Shown here one piece after another: positions 7,592 to 18,054 of a DNA stretch of 64,000 nt; position 1 is the first letter of the stretch, and every line of letters begins with the position of its first letter. This stretch comes from Candidatus Falkowbacteria bacterium (lineage in GTDB: Bacteria > Patescibacteriota > Patescibacteriia > CAIXNZ01). Made by a program: the position numbers and the translations under genes. The notes beneath the pieces were generated by a model. The model worked only from the letters and a program-made list of their open reading frames with translations, had not been told where the DNA came from and ran no database searches. The stretch spans positions 7,314 through 71,313 of the forward strand of contig JAFGMD010000024.1 in assembly GCA_016927685.1 (NCBI GenBank). Reading direction: 5' to 3'.

Positions 7592-9895
7592 TTACGCTGG
7601 TCTTTTTTCTTCTTCATCGTTAATATCCTCTTCTGTTTCATCTTCTGGTAGTTCTAATTCCTCACCTTCTTCATCATCATCGCTTATTTCTTTCTCCTCG
7701 CCATCTTCTATCTCTTCTTCGTCAGAAGACAATTCAGCTTCATTTTCATCAACCTCTTTCTCGGTTATTAAAATTTCTCTTGGTTTTGCGCCCTCACCCG
7801 GACCGACAATACCTGCTTCTTCTAATAAATCCATCAAGCGGGCTGCGCGAGCATAACCAACTTTTAACCGTCTTTGCAAAAATGAAGTGGAGGCCTTGCC
7901 TGCCTGTAAAATAATTTCCTTTGCCTCCTCAAATAATTCATCGCCCTGATCTGGATCTGAAAAATCAACACTGCCATCTCCATTAAAAGATTTTTGCTTT
8001 TCAACTACTGAAGTATCGTAATCTGGCTTCTCTCCGCTTTCCTTTAAATAATTAACCACACGATTTATTTCTGGGTCTGATAGAAATGCCCCCTGTAAAC
8101 GTTTTGGTTTAGAAAGTTCAGCGCTAGTATATAGCATATCGCCCCTGCCAAGGAGTTTTTCTGCACCAGCATAATCTAATATGGTTCTAGAATCAGTAAT
8201 AGATGCTACGGCAAAGGCAATTCTGCCTGGTATATTAGCTTTGATTAAGCCAGTGATAACTTCAACAGATGGTCTTTGCGTTGCCAGAACTAAATGGATG
8301 CCGACAGCACGAGACATTTGAGCTAAGCGTATAATCAGTCCCTCAACTTCATGGCCCATGCTAGACATTAAATCTGCCATTTCATCTACTACAAAAACAA
8401 TGTATGGCATTTTCTCTTGTGAAATCTTGTTAAAATCATCAATATTTCTTTTACCCATCTTTTCCAAAACAATATAGCGCCTATCCATTTCCGCGATTGT
8501 CCATTTTAAAGCATTGACGGTTTTTTTAACATCAGTAATCACGGGAGTAAGTAGATGAGGAATTTCATTATATAAAGGCATTTCCACACGTTTAGGATCT
8601 ACTATAATAAATCTTAAAGTATCTGGCCCATTTTGATACAACAAACTTGTGATCACAGTATGTAAACAAACTGATTTGCCTGAACCAGTTTGACCAGCGA
8701 CTAATAAATGAGGCATTTTACCCAAGTCAGCCACCCATGTATTGCCTGCCACATCGCGCCCCAAAGGTATAGTGAGCATAGTTTTGCGTTGTTTAAACTC
8801 TGAGCTTTCTAATAATTCTCTTAAGCGTACAATTGCCACTGATTGATTTGGCACTTCAATGCCAACCAATGATTTGCCCGGAATGGGCGCCTCAATTCTT
8901 AGGGGGTGAGCAGCTAAGGCCAGGGCTAAATCATCTTGTAGCGCCGTGATTCTGGAAAGCTTAACTCCTTCTGCTGGTTTTAAAGTATATTGCGTAACAG
9001 TCGGCCCAACACTAATTTCTCCCATTTCCACGGGAATACCAAAACTTTCTAAAGTTTTTTGGATAATTTGTTTATTGGCAGCAATATTCCCAGATGTCGG
9101 CTTGCTAAATTTGTCATCCAACAAATTTAAGGGCAAATCTATTTTACGAAATACGCGCCTTGTTTTTGGTTCGTCTAGCTTATATTCTTCTTTAGGCGAT
9201 TCTTTTTGCCTTGATTCAACTTTCTTGCTGGCAAAAGCAATGTCTTTTTCTTCAGCGTCTTTTTCCTCCTCTGGCTGCACCTCTGGTTCTTGCTCTTCAT
9301 ACTCATCTTCGGGCCTGCGCGCTAATTTTAATTTCACATGATAGTACCAAATAGAGAGGCGGTCAAAAATTTTGCCTAAAACCGTGCCTGACTCTTTCAG
9401 ATTCTCAACTGAATCATTTATTATTAATAAAATTGAAATTATAAAAATAGCAACTAAGGTTATTAGCGTAGCCCAAAAACCCATAATGTTTTGCAAACTA
9501 TAACTCAAAAATAATCCAAAATATCCGCCGCCTTTACCCTCATCAACCGCCAAAACCGCATCGGGAAGGGGAATGGCTAAATGAAAAAGCGCAGTTAAAC
9601 TTAAAACAAAAAATAATAAACCAATATAGCTGGCGGCGTTTACTTTTTCCTTCTTAAATAATTTCCAACCCCATAAAACTAAAATGACAGGAAATATATA
9701 CTTAGTCCAGCCCAAAAACAATGCCAAGACCTTGTCTATTTCTTCACCTGCTCGCCCTGCTAAATTAAACAAGCCGAGCAAAGAGATGCCGGCTATTGCA
9801 AATAAAAAGATAATAAATATCCATTTTTTTGTTTCTGGATGAATTTCAGTTCGTCTAACTCCGTTACGGTTATTCTTATTTTTGTTTTTTGTCAT
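7592..9895 (-). CDS. ftsK: DNA translocase FtsK/SpoIIIE
   Basis: N-terminal TM helices, an acidic linker, motor domain with Walker A GQTGSGKS, and a C-terminal gamma domain (SFLQRRLKVGYARAARLMDLLEEAGIVGP). Confidence 0.9.
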   Translation of the reverse strand: MTKNKNKNNRNGVRRTEIHPETKKWIFIIFLFAIAGISLLGLFNLAGRAGEEIDKVLALFLGWTKYIFPVILVLWGWKLFKKEKVNAASYIGLLFFVLSLTALFHLAIPLPDAVLAVDEGKGGGYFGLFLSYSLQNIMGFWATLITLVAIFIISILLIINDSVENLKESGTVLGKIFDRLSIWYYHVKLKLARRPEDEYEEQEPEVQPEEEKDAEEKDIAFASKKVESRQKESPKEEYKLDEPKTRRVFRKIDLPLNLLDDKFSKPTSGNIAANKQIIQKTLESFGIPVEMGEISVGPTVTQYTLKPAEGVKLSRITALQDDLALALAAHPLRIEAPIPGKSLVGIEVPNQSVAIVRLRELLESSEFKQRKTMLTIPLGRDVAGNTWVADLGKMPHLLVAGQTGSGKSVCLHTVITSLLYQNGPDTLRFIIVDPKRVEMPLYNEIPHLLTPVITDVKKTVNALKWTIAEMDRRYIVLEKMGKRNIDDFNKISQEKMPYIVFVVDEMADLMSSMGHEVEGLIIRLAQMSRAVGIHLVLATQRPSVEVITGLIKANIPGRIAFAVASITDSRTILDYAGAEKLLGRGDMLYTSAELSKPKRLQGAFLSDPEINRVVNYLKESGEKPDYDTSVVEKQKSFNGDGSVDFSDPDQGDELFEEAKEIILQAGKASTSFLQRRLKVGYARAARLMDLLEEAGIVGPGEGAKPREILITEKEVDENEAELSSDEEEIEDGEEKEISDDDEEGEELELPEDETEEDINDEEEKRPA

Positions 9896-10007
9896 AAATA
9901 ATTGAAAAATTAAGAGGATAATCGCCCCTTTTGTACTAGAATTTTATCATAAAAATATCGTTTTGGCAAAATAAAAAAATAGCTGTTACTTATGCTATTT
10001 TCCTTAT

Positions 10008-10080
10008 AGCGGGTGAGCGGAATCGAACCGCCATCCTCAGCTTGGAAGGCTGATATAATAAACCATTATACGACACCCGC
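10008..10080 (-). tRNA. tRNA-Gly(TCC): tRNA-Gly (anticodon UCC)
   Basis: Revcomp reads GCGGGTGTCGTATAATGGTTTATTATATCAGCCTTCCAAGCTGAGGATGGCGGTTCGATTCCGCTCACCCGCT. Near-identical architecture to E. coli glyT, anticodon loop CTTCCAA, CCA not encoded. Confidence 0.85.
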
Positions 10081-10216
10081 CCAGTTAAAAGTTTATGTAA
10101 TCCGTAACCTATTCCATAGAACATCAATGCGGGTATTTTATACACAAAACTTATTTACACATATACTTTTAACTATGGGTACGCGCACGGACAACATTAA
10201 TTTTGAACAAAAGGAG

Positions 10217-10234
10217 TCGGGCTGGTGGGACTTG
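10217..10234 (-). repeat. 18-nt direct repeat of the tRNA-Pro 3' end (T-arm/acceptor fragment)
   Basis: tcgggctggtgggacttg is identical at 10217-10234 and 10284-10301 (the latter inside the intact tRNA-Pro). Followed by hairpin cccgccgaaggcggg. Confidence 0.7.
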
Positions 10235-10283
10235 CCCGCCGAAGGCGGGTCCGCCTCTGGCGAAAACCCATCATCCGCAACAT

Positions 10284-10357
10284 TCGGGCTGGTGGGACTT
10301 GAACCCACGATCTTCTGGTCCCAAACCAGACGCGATAGCCAACTTCGCTACAGCCCG
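10284..10357 (-). tRNA. tRNA-Pro(TGG): tRNA-Pro (anticodon UGG)
   Basis: Revcomp reads CGGGCTGTAGCGAAGTTGGCTATCGCGTCTGGTTTGGGACCAGAAGATCGTGGGTTCAAGTCCCACCAGCCCGA, with a cloverleaf and anticodon loop TTTGGGA. Confidence 0.85.
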
Positions 10358-10434
10358 ATGCACAACAAGAGATATGATTAATAAGCAAGAGTATCTTTTA
10401 CTGTTGCTACAACTCAAATCTCATTACTGATTAG

Positions 10435-10507
10435 TGCCAAGGGGGAGAATCGGACTCCCGACGCAAGGATTTTCAGTCCTTCGCTCTACCACTGAGCTAC
10501 CTTGGCT
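10435..10507 (-). tRNA. tRNA-Phe(GAA): tRNA-Phe (anticodon GAA)
   Basis: Revcomp reads GCCAAGGTAGCTCAGTGGTAGAGCGAAGGACTGAAAATCCTTGCGTCGGGAGTCCGATTCTCCCCCTTGGCA, anticodon loop CTGAAAA. Confidence 0.85.
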
Positions 10508-10512
10508 TAAAT

Positions 10513-10552
10513 AGTGGGCGTGGATGGAATCGAACCATCGACCTCGTCATTA
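10513..10552 (-). repeat. Partial duplicate (3' half, ~40 nt) of tRNA-Ile
   Basis: 35 nt identical (gcgtggatggaatcgaaccatcgacctcgtcatta) to 10577-10611 inside the intact tRNA-Ile. No D-arm or 5' acceptor, so not a functional tRNA. Confidence 0.7.
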
Positions 10553-10573
10553 CCTGCCCCGCACTAAATCATG

Positions 10574-10647
10574 TGCGCGTGGATGGAATCGAACCATCGA
10601 CCTCGTCATTATCAGTGACGCGCTCTAACCATCTGAGCTACACGCGC
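10574..10647 (-). tRNA. tRNA-Ile(GAT): tRNA-Ile (anticodon GAU)
   Basis: Revcomp reads GCGCGTGTAGCTCAGATGGTTAGAGCGCGTCACTGATAATGACGAGGTCGATGGTTCGATTCCATCCACGCGCA, anticodon loop CTGATAA. Confidence 0.85.
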
Positions 10648-10674
10648 ATGTATTTGATCGAAAAATTTAGAATT

Positions 10675-10871
10675 TTAGTGCGGGGTCAGTGACCGACCCC
10701 AAATTTTTAAAGCAGTGACCCCGCACCAATGCTTCGCATTGTGCGGGGCGCAGCGCGCTCTAACCCGCCTCGACGAGCTGACTCGTCTCAGCTCGCTTGG
10801 GCGAAGCACAGCGAGGGGGACATCTGCCTGCCCGCCGAAGCACAAAGTGCATAGGCGGGAGCTATACACCC
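10675..10871 (-). ncRNA. GC-rich highly structured spacer between the 16S 3' end and tRNA-Ile, starting with a tRNA-Ala-like 5' fragment (GGGTGTATAGCTC)
   Basis: ~60% GC versus a ~30% background. It has multiple 6-14-bp inverted repeats (cccgcc/ggcggg; gagctga/tcagctc; ccccgcac/gtgcgggg; ggggtc/gacccc; and gtgcggggtcactg twice in inverted orientation, which allows alternative foldings). No ORF with an RBS. Confidence 0.45.
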
Positions 10872-10974
10872 AAAAACCATATCAATAAGAGCATTATAAC
10901 AAAAAAAATCGGCTTAATCAAGATCTAATTGATATTAAATAAGCCGATTTTTTTTAAATTGCATCTTCAACCGC

Positions 10975-10992
10975 TAAAAAGTGATAGAATCA
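10975..10992 (-). promoter_or_regulatory. 16S rRNA trailer half of the leader/trailer processing stem (probable RNase III site)
   Basis: ctaaaaagtgatagaatc is the exact reverse complement of gattctatcactttttag at 12617-12634 in the 16S leader. Confidence 0.7.
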
Positions 10993-11065
10993 AAATCCAA
11001 AAATTTGTTTCGTTAGAAACAACCGACCGAATAGAGCGGACTTTCGTCGCGCTCATATACTCCTT

Positions 11066-12559
<1,494 letters not shown>

Positions 12560-12616
12560 AAATAAAATGGTGATAAGGTTCACCATAACAACCTTCCCCA
12601 GTTGGGGAAATAAGGA

Positions 12617-12634
12617 ATTGATTCTATCACTTTT
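12617..12634 (-). promoter_or_regulatory. 16S rRNA leader half of the processing stem
   Basis: Perfect 18-nt complement to 10975-10992. Confidence 0.7.
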
Positions 12635-12822
12635 TAGTTGTCAAAGAAGAAAAAACAGGGAAATCCATTGTCTCCAAAATTATACCTGAGTATTTTTTAG
12701 AGATCGAATTTCTCTGTTTTTTCTCCTCCCCATCGGAGCTGTTGCAAAGATGGGATATCTTTGAAAAATTAAATTTTTATTGTCTTTTTTGAGAACTTAG
12801 TAAAGTTATTTTTGATACTAGC

Positions 12823-12851
12823 ATTATAAACTTTATTATTTAAGCTGTCAA
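12823..12851 (-). promoter_or_regulatory. Consensus sigma70 rRNA promoter (TTGACA-17-TATAAT)
   Basis: Minus-strand TTGACA (12846-12851), 17-nt spacer, TATAAT (12823-12828), ~260 nt upstream of the mature 16S 5' end. Confidence 0.7.
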
Positions 12852-12894
12852 GAGGATTGACCTGTTATCTATATACAGCTTTTACACAATAAAC

Positions 12895-13539
12895 TCACGA
12901 CATTTTTTTGCGTTTCTCTCGCCATTCTCTAATTTTCCCGTGGTGACCGGATAAAAGAATCCTTGGCACTTTCCAGCCCTTAAAATTTTCCGGCTTTGTA
13001 TATTGAGGATATTCTAATTCTTTTTCTTTACTAAATGATTCGTCTTTTGGTGATTCTAAATTACCAAGTACGCCCGGCAATAGGCGAGTAATCCCGTCAA
13101 TCAAAACCATAGCTGGGATTTCACCGCCAGTTAGCACATAATTGCCAATGGAAATTTCTTCGTCTGCTATTTTTTCTGCTACGCGATTATCAACTCCTTC
13201 GTAACGACCGCAAATCATGATCAGCTGGTCATATTTTTTTAGCCGTCTCAAATCTTTTTGCGTCAGCGTTTTGCCGTGTGCGGAAAATAAAATAACTCGG
13301 CTCTTCTTTTTTCTTTTTATGCTTTTAAGCGCCTTGAAAATCGGCTCGATTTTTAAAATCATGCCAGCGCCGCCGCCATAAGGCGTGTCATCAACTGATT
13401 TATATTTATTACCTGCATAATGGCGTAAGTCAGTTATTTTAATCTGAATTAATTTCTTCAACTGCGCCCGTTTAACCATGGCCTTGGCAAAATATGAGTC
13501 AAAGATATCAGGGAAGATTGTAATGATGTTGAATAACAT
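12895..13539 (-). CDS. trmD: tRNA (guanine37-N1)-methyltransferase
   Basis: MLFNIITIFPDIF...TPYGGGAGMILK...GRYEGVDNRV...ISIGNYVLTGGEIPAMVLIDGITRL carries TrmD SPOUT-knot motifs. Confidence 0.9.
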   Translation of the reverse strand: MLFNIITIFPDIFDSYFAKAMVKRAQLKKLIQIKITDLRHYAGNKYKSVDDTPYGGGAGMILKIEPIFKALKSIKRKKKSRVILFSAHGKTLTQKDLRRLKKYDQLIMICGRYEGVDNRVAEKIADEEISIGNYVLTGGEIPAMVLIDGITRLLPGVLGNLESPKDESFSKEKELEYPQYTKPENFKGWKVPRILLSGHHGKIREWREKRKKMS

Positions 13540-13577
13540 TGGGATATGAAATAAGTAATACGAAATAAGAATTGGTA

Positions 13578-13949
13578 TTATTTATTTTTAATTGTGATTT
13601 TTATTAAATTATTTAATTTTGCATTCAAAAAGTCGAGTTTATTTATTAAATCGCTTTGGTCTTTTTCTGATAAAATTTCACGTTCATACAATAAATTTGT
13701 CCAATGTTTGGATTCAAACAAAGAAGCTCTAGCATTATAATAAAATTTCGCTTTATCTAAAAAATGATAACGACCGTATCCCTCAGCCACATTGGCGCCA
13801 ATTGAATCCACGGCAGTGATATATTGGCGGCCAAAAATATATTTCATTTCTGAATTTAAAGAATTATAAATATTCCATATTGATCTGGATAATTCTCTGG
13901 CGATTTGATAAACCTCTAAATCTTCTAATTTTAAATATTTATTTTCCAT
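13578..13949 (-). CDS. Four-helix-bundle protein (23S rRNA intervening-sequence protein family, TIGR02436-like)
   Basis: 123 aa starting MENKYLKLEDLEVYQIARELSRSIWNIY... with ...ITAVDSIGANVAEGYGRY...; matches the family pattern in size and motifs. Confidence 0.55.
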   Translation of the reverse strand: MENKYLKLEDLEVYQIARELSRSIWNIYNSLNSEMKYIFGRQYITAVDSIGANVAEGYGRYHFLDKAKFYYNARASLFESKHWTNLLYEREILSEKDQSDLINKLDFLNAKLNNLIKITIKNK

Positions 13950-14049
13950 TCCGTATTACATATTTCCTATTTCTTATTACACCAATTATATCATTAAATA
14001 AAAACTCCGCGAAAAAGTTGCGGAGGTTTTTAAGTTATATGTTAATAAA

Positions 14050-14802
14050 TTATAATAATGGCCTGGCAAATGGATAACTGTAAATTATTGAATCGTCAAA
14101 ATATGTAATACCTAATTTATAATTTACACCCTTTAATTGAATAGCCTTTTCTTCGGTAATTGGCCTTAGCGCAGGGTTTTCATCGTTTGGATTGATATAA
14201 TACAAGGAAGTATCGGTTACGCCCTGGACTATTAGCCCCTTAAGTTCTGCGATTCCTGGCATATCTGTAAAAACTGTTTTACCATTATCCAACATTAAAA
14301 TATGATAAACTTTAGTAATTTCGGGATTAACATTAGGTAAATTTTTATAATATTCTTGTGCTGTAATTTTAACCCCGTCAATTAAGCGCTGTGCACAGAC
14401 CGGGGTGATACGAACTTTAGGTTCAAGAGTATAGCGGCCTGTCGCAAAAATTTCAGCATTTTGACATAGCTGATTGTCGTATATAGTGTTACTTATTACT
14501 GCATTTGGTTCATCATTGACTATGGAGATTGGGTTTTCAGTCATTTCTTCGGCTATTACACTAGGCAGATAAAATATTTTTTCTAAATTAGTAGCCTCAA
14601 TGAATCCGCTTAAATATGAGGGGGAATTAGGAATATCATGAAAATGATATTCTCCATTTGCTAAACCATATATTAAGCAGTCTTTTTCACATTCATGACC
14701 GCCATACTGATCAAGCTGTCCCGGACTTGCCAAAACTACTCCTGGAACAAGCAAAGCGCAAAAAATAATTGCAAAAAATAATGTTTTTTTCATATATTTC
14801 AA
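14050..14802 (-). CDS. Hypothetical secreted protein
   Basis: N-terminal signal peptide MKKTLFFAIIFCALLVPGVVLASP; no recognisable catalytic motif. Confidence 0.55.
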   Translation of the reverse strand: MKYMKKTLFFAIIFCALLVPGVVLASPGQLDQYGGHECEKDCLIYGLANGEYHFHDIPNSPSYLSGFIEATNLEKIFYLPSVIAEEMTENPISIVNDEPNAVISNTIYDNQLCQNAEIFATGRYTLEPKVRITPVCAQRLIDGVKITAQEYYKNLPNVNPEITKVYHILMLDNGKTVFTDMPGIAELKGLIVQGVTDTSLYYINPNDENPALRPITEEKAIQLKGVNYKLGITYFDDSIIYSYPFARPLL

Positions 14803-14923
14803 TTAATTTTATAGTGCTTTTAAATTATCAAATAATCGAATATGACGCAAGTGGAAATATTGAGGATAAAAAAAGAAAAAAGCCCTGTTTCACGGGACCT
14901 TTTTCTTTATTATCTAATAAATT

Positions 14924-15241
14924 TTAGATCTTTAAATCGTCAACGACATCTGTGTCAACATCTGCAGATCTGCGAGGGCGTTTTGAACCCTCTGGTTCAT
15001 TAATCTTCAGGTTAACACGTGCATTGTTTTTAGCGCCAATAATTTTTAAAAGAGTACGAATGGCGCGGGCAGTATTGCCTCTTTTGCCGATAACATAGCC
15101 GATATCGGCGGGGTTGATGTTCAGGGTCAATAAGACGCCCATTTCATCAACTTTTCTGTCAACTTTCACATCGCTGGGGTTACCAACAATGTTCTTGACA
15201 ATGTACTCAACAAATTCTACCTCTGGATGTTTTTCTGCCAT
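14924..15241 (-). CDS. KH-domain RNA-binding protein (KhpA/YlqC-like)
   Basis: GYVIGKRGNTARAIRTLLK is a KH GxxG-type motif, and the gene sits in the conserved position after rpsP. Confidence 0.75.
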   Translation of the reverse strand: MAEKHPEVEFVEYIVKNIVGNPSDVKVDRKVDEMGVLLTLNINPADIGYVIGKRGNTARAIRTLLKIIGAKNNARVNLKINEPEGSKRPRRSADVDTDVVDDLKI

Positions 15242-15437
15242 AGGTTTGAAACCTTCTCGTCTTTTAATCGTGAAACCGATTAAAAGCTTAATTTTTAAAC
15301 TGCAATCCTCAAAATCCGAGGATCATCCGTTTTTTGCGGATGATATTATTATATCATATCTGAAGTAATTGTCAACTCCGATTTATGTCTAAATTTAAAA
15401 ACGCCAGAAATAATGAGGCGTTTTTATGTATAAAGTG

Positions 15438-15803
15438 TTAAACTTTAGGTGTTGGTGCTGACTCTGCTGTAGGAGTAACGGGCACTTCTGGTTTTTTTGC
15501 CTCACCTTGTTCTTTTTTAATCTTTTCCTGTCGTTTTTTTGATATCTTAGATACTTTCTGCTTTTTGCCTTCAACCAAACCCTTGTCTACTAAAAGATTC
15601 CAAATAGTCGCGCTTGGCTCGGCACCCTTGTCTAACCAATATTTTATTCTATCAGCTTCTAATTTCAATTCCTTGGTTCGGGGATTATAAAAGCCTAAAT
15701 TTTCTAAATATGACCCCCAGGGATCTTTAGTTTTTTCGCAGACAATTAGCCTAAAAGTTGGTTCTTTTGTCTTGCCTTTTCGTGAAAGTTTAATAGCGAG
15801 CAT
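15438..15803 (-). CDS. rpsP: 30S ribosomal protein S16 with basic C-terminal extension
   Basis: MLAIKLSRKGKTKEPTFRLIV...GFYNP... is the S16 signature. Confidence 0.9.
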   Translation of the reverse strand: MLAIKLSRKGKTKEPTFRLIVCEKTKDPWGSYLENLGFYNPRTKELKLEADRIKYWLDKGAEPSATIWNLLVDKGLVEGKKQKVSKISKKRQEKIKKEQGEAKKPEVPVTPTAESAPTPKV

Positions 15804-15908
15804 AGTAAAATAAAAAAATTAACTCAGTAGTTAAAGTTATTTAATATTTATAATATTATAGTATTGAGTATAAAAAGTCAAGAATAAATCTAAGATAAGC
15901 TAAAAGTG

Positions 15909-15937
15909 TTGACAAATTAAGTTTTTTATGCTATAAT
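15909..15937 (+). promoter_or_regulatory. Consensus sigma70 promoter (TTGACA-17-TATAAT) for the 15964 gene
   Basis: -35 at 15909-15914 and -10 at 15932-15937. Confidence 0.6.
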
Positions 15938-15963
15938 TAGATGAATTTGATAATATTTAAAAT

Positions 15964-18030
15964 ATGCGAAAAATATTGTCTAAAAAAATAGATAAACTCA
16001 TTACTATTACCATAATTATGGTTTTGGGCATATTTTTATGTTTCCCAAATAATACTTTTGCAGCTACAGATGGTTACCCAAGGTTAGCCAACTATTATAT
16101 TGCTTGGGATGTTAAAACTGATATAGACATTGAAAACCTATCTAAATGGGACTTGGTGATTTTAAGCCCGCAATCAATGGAAAGAAACCCTCAGCTTATA
16201 TCTAAATTAAGACAAAAAAATAGTAAGATAAAAATTCTGGTTTATATGCCTATTCAGGAAATAACTTATGATCCTGCCCTGTTAAAAGAAACGCCTTATT
16301 GGACAGAGGTTTATAATACTGTTAACCAAAACAATTGGTGGCTAAAAAAATCTGACGGCCAACATGCCAGTTTTTGGCCGGGTAATTGGTTTATCAATGC
16401 TTCTTCAGTTGCGCCTAAAACAAATGGGCAAAATTGGGCTGATTATTTGCCAGAATTAATGTATAAAAAATATTTAAGCACAGATACTTGGGATGGTATT
16501 TTTTATGATAATGTCTGGCATGGACTTTCTTGGCTGAAACAGCCGATTGATATTAATGGCGATGGCCCTGCTGATAGCGATCAAGCTGTTGATGAGGCCT
16601 GGCGTTCTGGCTTAAGTCAAATTATTATAAAAACGCGTAATTTGGCCCCAACTAAAATGATTTTTGCTAATGCCAATACAAATTATTATAATAATATCTT
16701 AAATGGCCGCATGCATGAAAATTTCCCAACGCAAAGTGAAGGCGGCTGGAGCGGCTCGATGAGTAATTACCTAAGCGCAAATTTCGCTTATGCTCCCAAA
16801 GGGTTTATTCTTAACGCAAACACAAATAATACTGGTGAGAAAAATAATTATCAAATTTTTCGTTATAATATGACCTCTGCCTTAATGGGCGATGGCTATT
16901 TCAGTTTTGATTATGGCGATTTGGGCCATGACAGATTATGGTGGTATGACGAATATGATTATTATTTGGGGCAAGCAAAGACAGAGGCTAAAAATTTGTT
17001 GGATGCAAAATCGAAAGAAATTAAAGCTGGTGTTTGGCAACGTGATTTTGAAAATGCTTTAGCTATCGTTAATTCAACTTCAACAAATCAAAAAATTTCT
17101 TTTGAGGCAGAATATGAAAAAATTAAAGGTATTCAAGATAAAACAACTAATAATGGCGCGGTAATAAAAAATATAACTTTGTCGGCTAATGACGGCTTGA
17201 TTCTTTTGCGTCGCATTGAGGAAATAACAAATACGGCATTTTTTAACGGCTCTTTTATTCGTGTTTTTGACAATAAGGGCCTTAGTCAAAGAAACGGCTT
17301 TTTCTTATATGAAAATGAGTTCCGTGGCGGTAATGTTATTAGCAAAGAAGATATTAATAAAGATAATAAATATGAAATAATTGTAGCTGATGCCAGTAAA
17401 ATTACTATTTATGATGAAAATAAAAATGTATTAAATACTTTTTATCCTTATGGCACAAAATATAATAAGGGCATAAATTATGACTTAGCTGATTTAGACG
17501 GCGATGGTAATAAAGAAATTATTACTGGTACCTTAAGGGGATACGCTCCTTTAGTTAAAATTTTTGACAATAAGGGCAAGGTCATTAATCCTGGTTTTTA
17601 TGCTTATGCCAAATCATTTACCGGAGGCGTAAATGTATCAGTCTGCGATTTTAAAGGCAATGGAGAAAAAAGCATTGTTACTGGCGCCGGTTATATGGGC
17701 GGCTCATCCGTTAAAATATTTAATAAAAATGGCAAGTTGTTAGGCGCTGCTTATGCTTATGCCAAAACATTTAAAGGCGGTGTTTATGTAACTTGCGGTG
17801 ATATCAATGGAGATAATAAAGATGAAATTATTACTGGGGCTGGCTATAGTGGCACGCCTCAGGTGCGCATATTTAACAATAAATTCCAAGAAGTTGGAAA
17901 AAGTTTTTGGGCTTATGAACAAACCAGTAAAAACGGAGTGCGCGTTTTTGCCAATGACATAGACGGTGATGGTATTGATGAAATATTAGCCGCTACGCCT
18001 TCAACTTTTACGACTTCCATAACAAAATAA
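15964..18030 (+). CDS. Secreted protein: N-terminal TIM-barrel glycoside-hydrolase-like domain (GH114/GHL-like) plus C-terminal FG-GAP/VCBS-type repeats
   Basis: Signal peptide, then YYIAWDVKTD...WDLVILSP...KILVYMPIQE resembling the GH114-like fold (assignment uncertain). Four C-terminal repeats D(L/I)(D/N)GDG(N/I)(K/D)EIITG. Confidence 0.55.
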   Translation: MRKILSKKIDKLITITIIMVLGIFLCFPNNTFAATDGYPRLANYYIAWDVKTDIDIENLSKWDLVILSPQSMERNPQLISKLRQKNSKIKILVYMPIQEITYDPALLKETPYWTEVYNTVNQNNWWLKKSDGQHASFWPGNWFINASSVAPKTNGQNWADYLPELMYKKYLSTDTWDGIFYDNVWHGLSWLKQPIDINGDGPADSDQAVDEAWRSGLSQIIIKTRNLAPTKMIFANANTNYYNNILNGRMHENFPTQSEGGWSGSMSNYLSANFAYAPKGFILNANTNNTGEKNNYQIFRYNMTSALMGDGYFSFDYGDLGHDRLWWYDEYDYYLGQAKTEAKNLLDAKSKEIKAGVWQRDFENALAIVNSTSTNQKISFEAEYEKIKGIQDKTTNNGAVIKNITLSANDGLILLRRIEEITNTAFFNGSFIRVFDNKGLSQRNGFFLYENEFRGGNVISKEDINKDNKYEIIVADASKITIYDENKNVLNTFYPYGTKYNKGINYDLADLDGDGNKEIITGTLRGYAPLVKIFDNKGKVINPGFYAYAKSFTGGVNVSVCDFKGNGEKSIVTGAGYMGGSSVKIFNKNGKLLGAAYAYAKTFKGGVYVTCGDINGDNKDEIITGAGYSGTPQVRIFNNKFQEVGKSFWAYEQTSKNGVRVFANDIDGDGIDEILAATPSTFTTSITK

Positions 18031-18054
18031 ACATTTATTTGCTAAACTATAAAT

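Noticed and set aside
10013-10430. ORFs 10013..10381, 10197..10388, 10203..10430
   Set aside because: They overlap tRNA-Gly/tRNA-Pro and the tRNA-fragment repeats, and their GC-rich tRNA sequence creates accidental open frames.
10513-10660. Possible CRISPR-like repeats (a 35-nt repeat occurring twice)
   Set aside because: Only two copies are present, both are tRNA-Ile sequence, there is no regular spacer structure, and no cas genes are seen. They were interpreted as tRNA fragment duplication.
10213-10660. Integrated mobile element at a tRNA (att-site duplication)
   Set aside because: The repeats are separated from the tRNA genes by only 22-52 nt and there is no integrase, excisionase or cargo in the window, so only a scar or remnant can be claimed.
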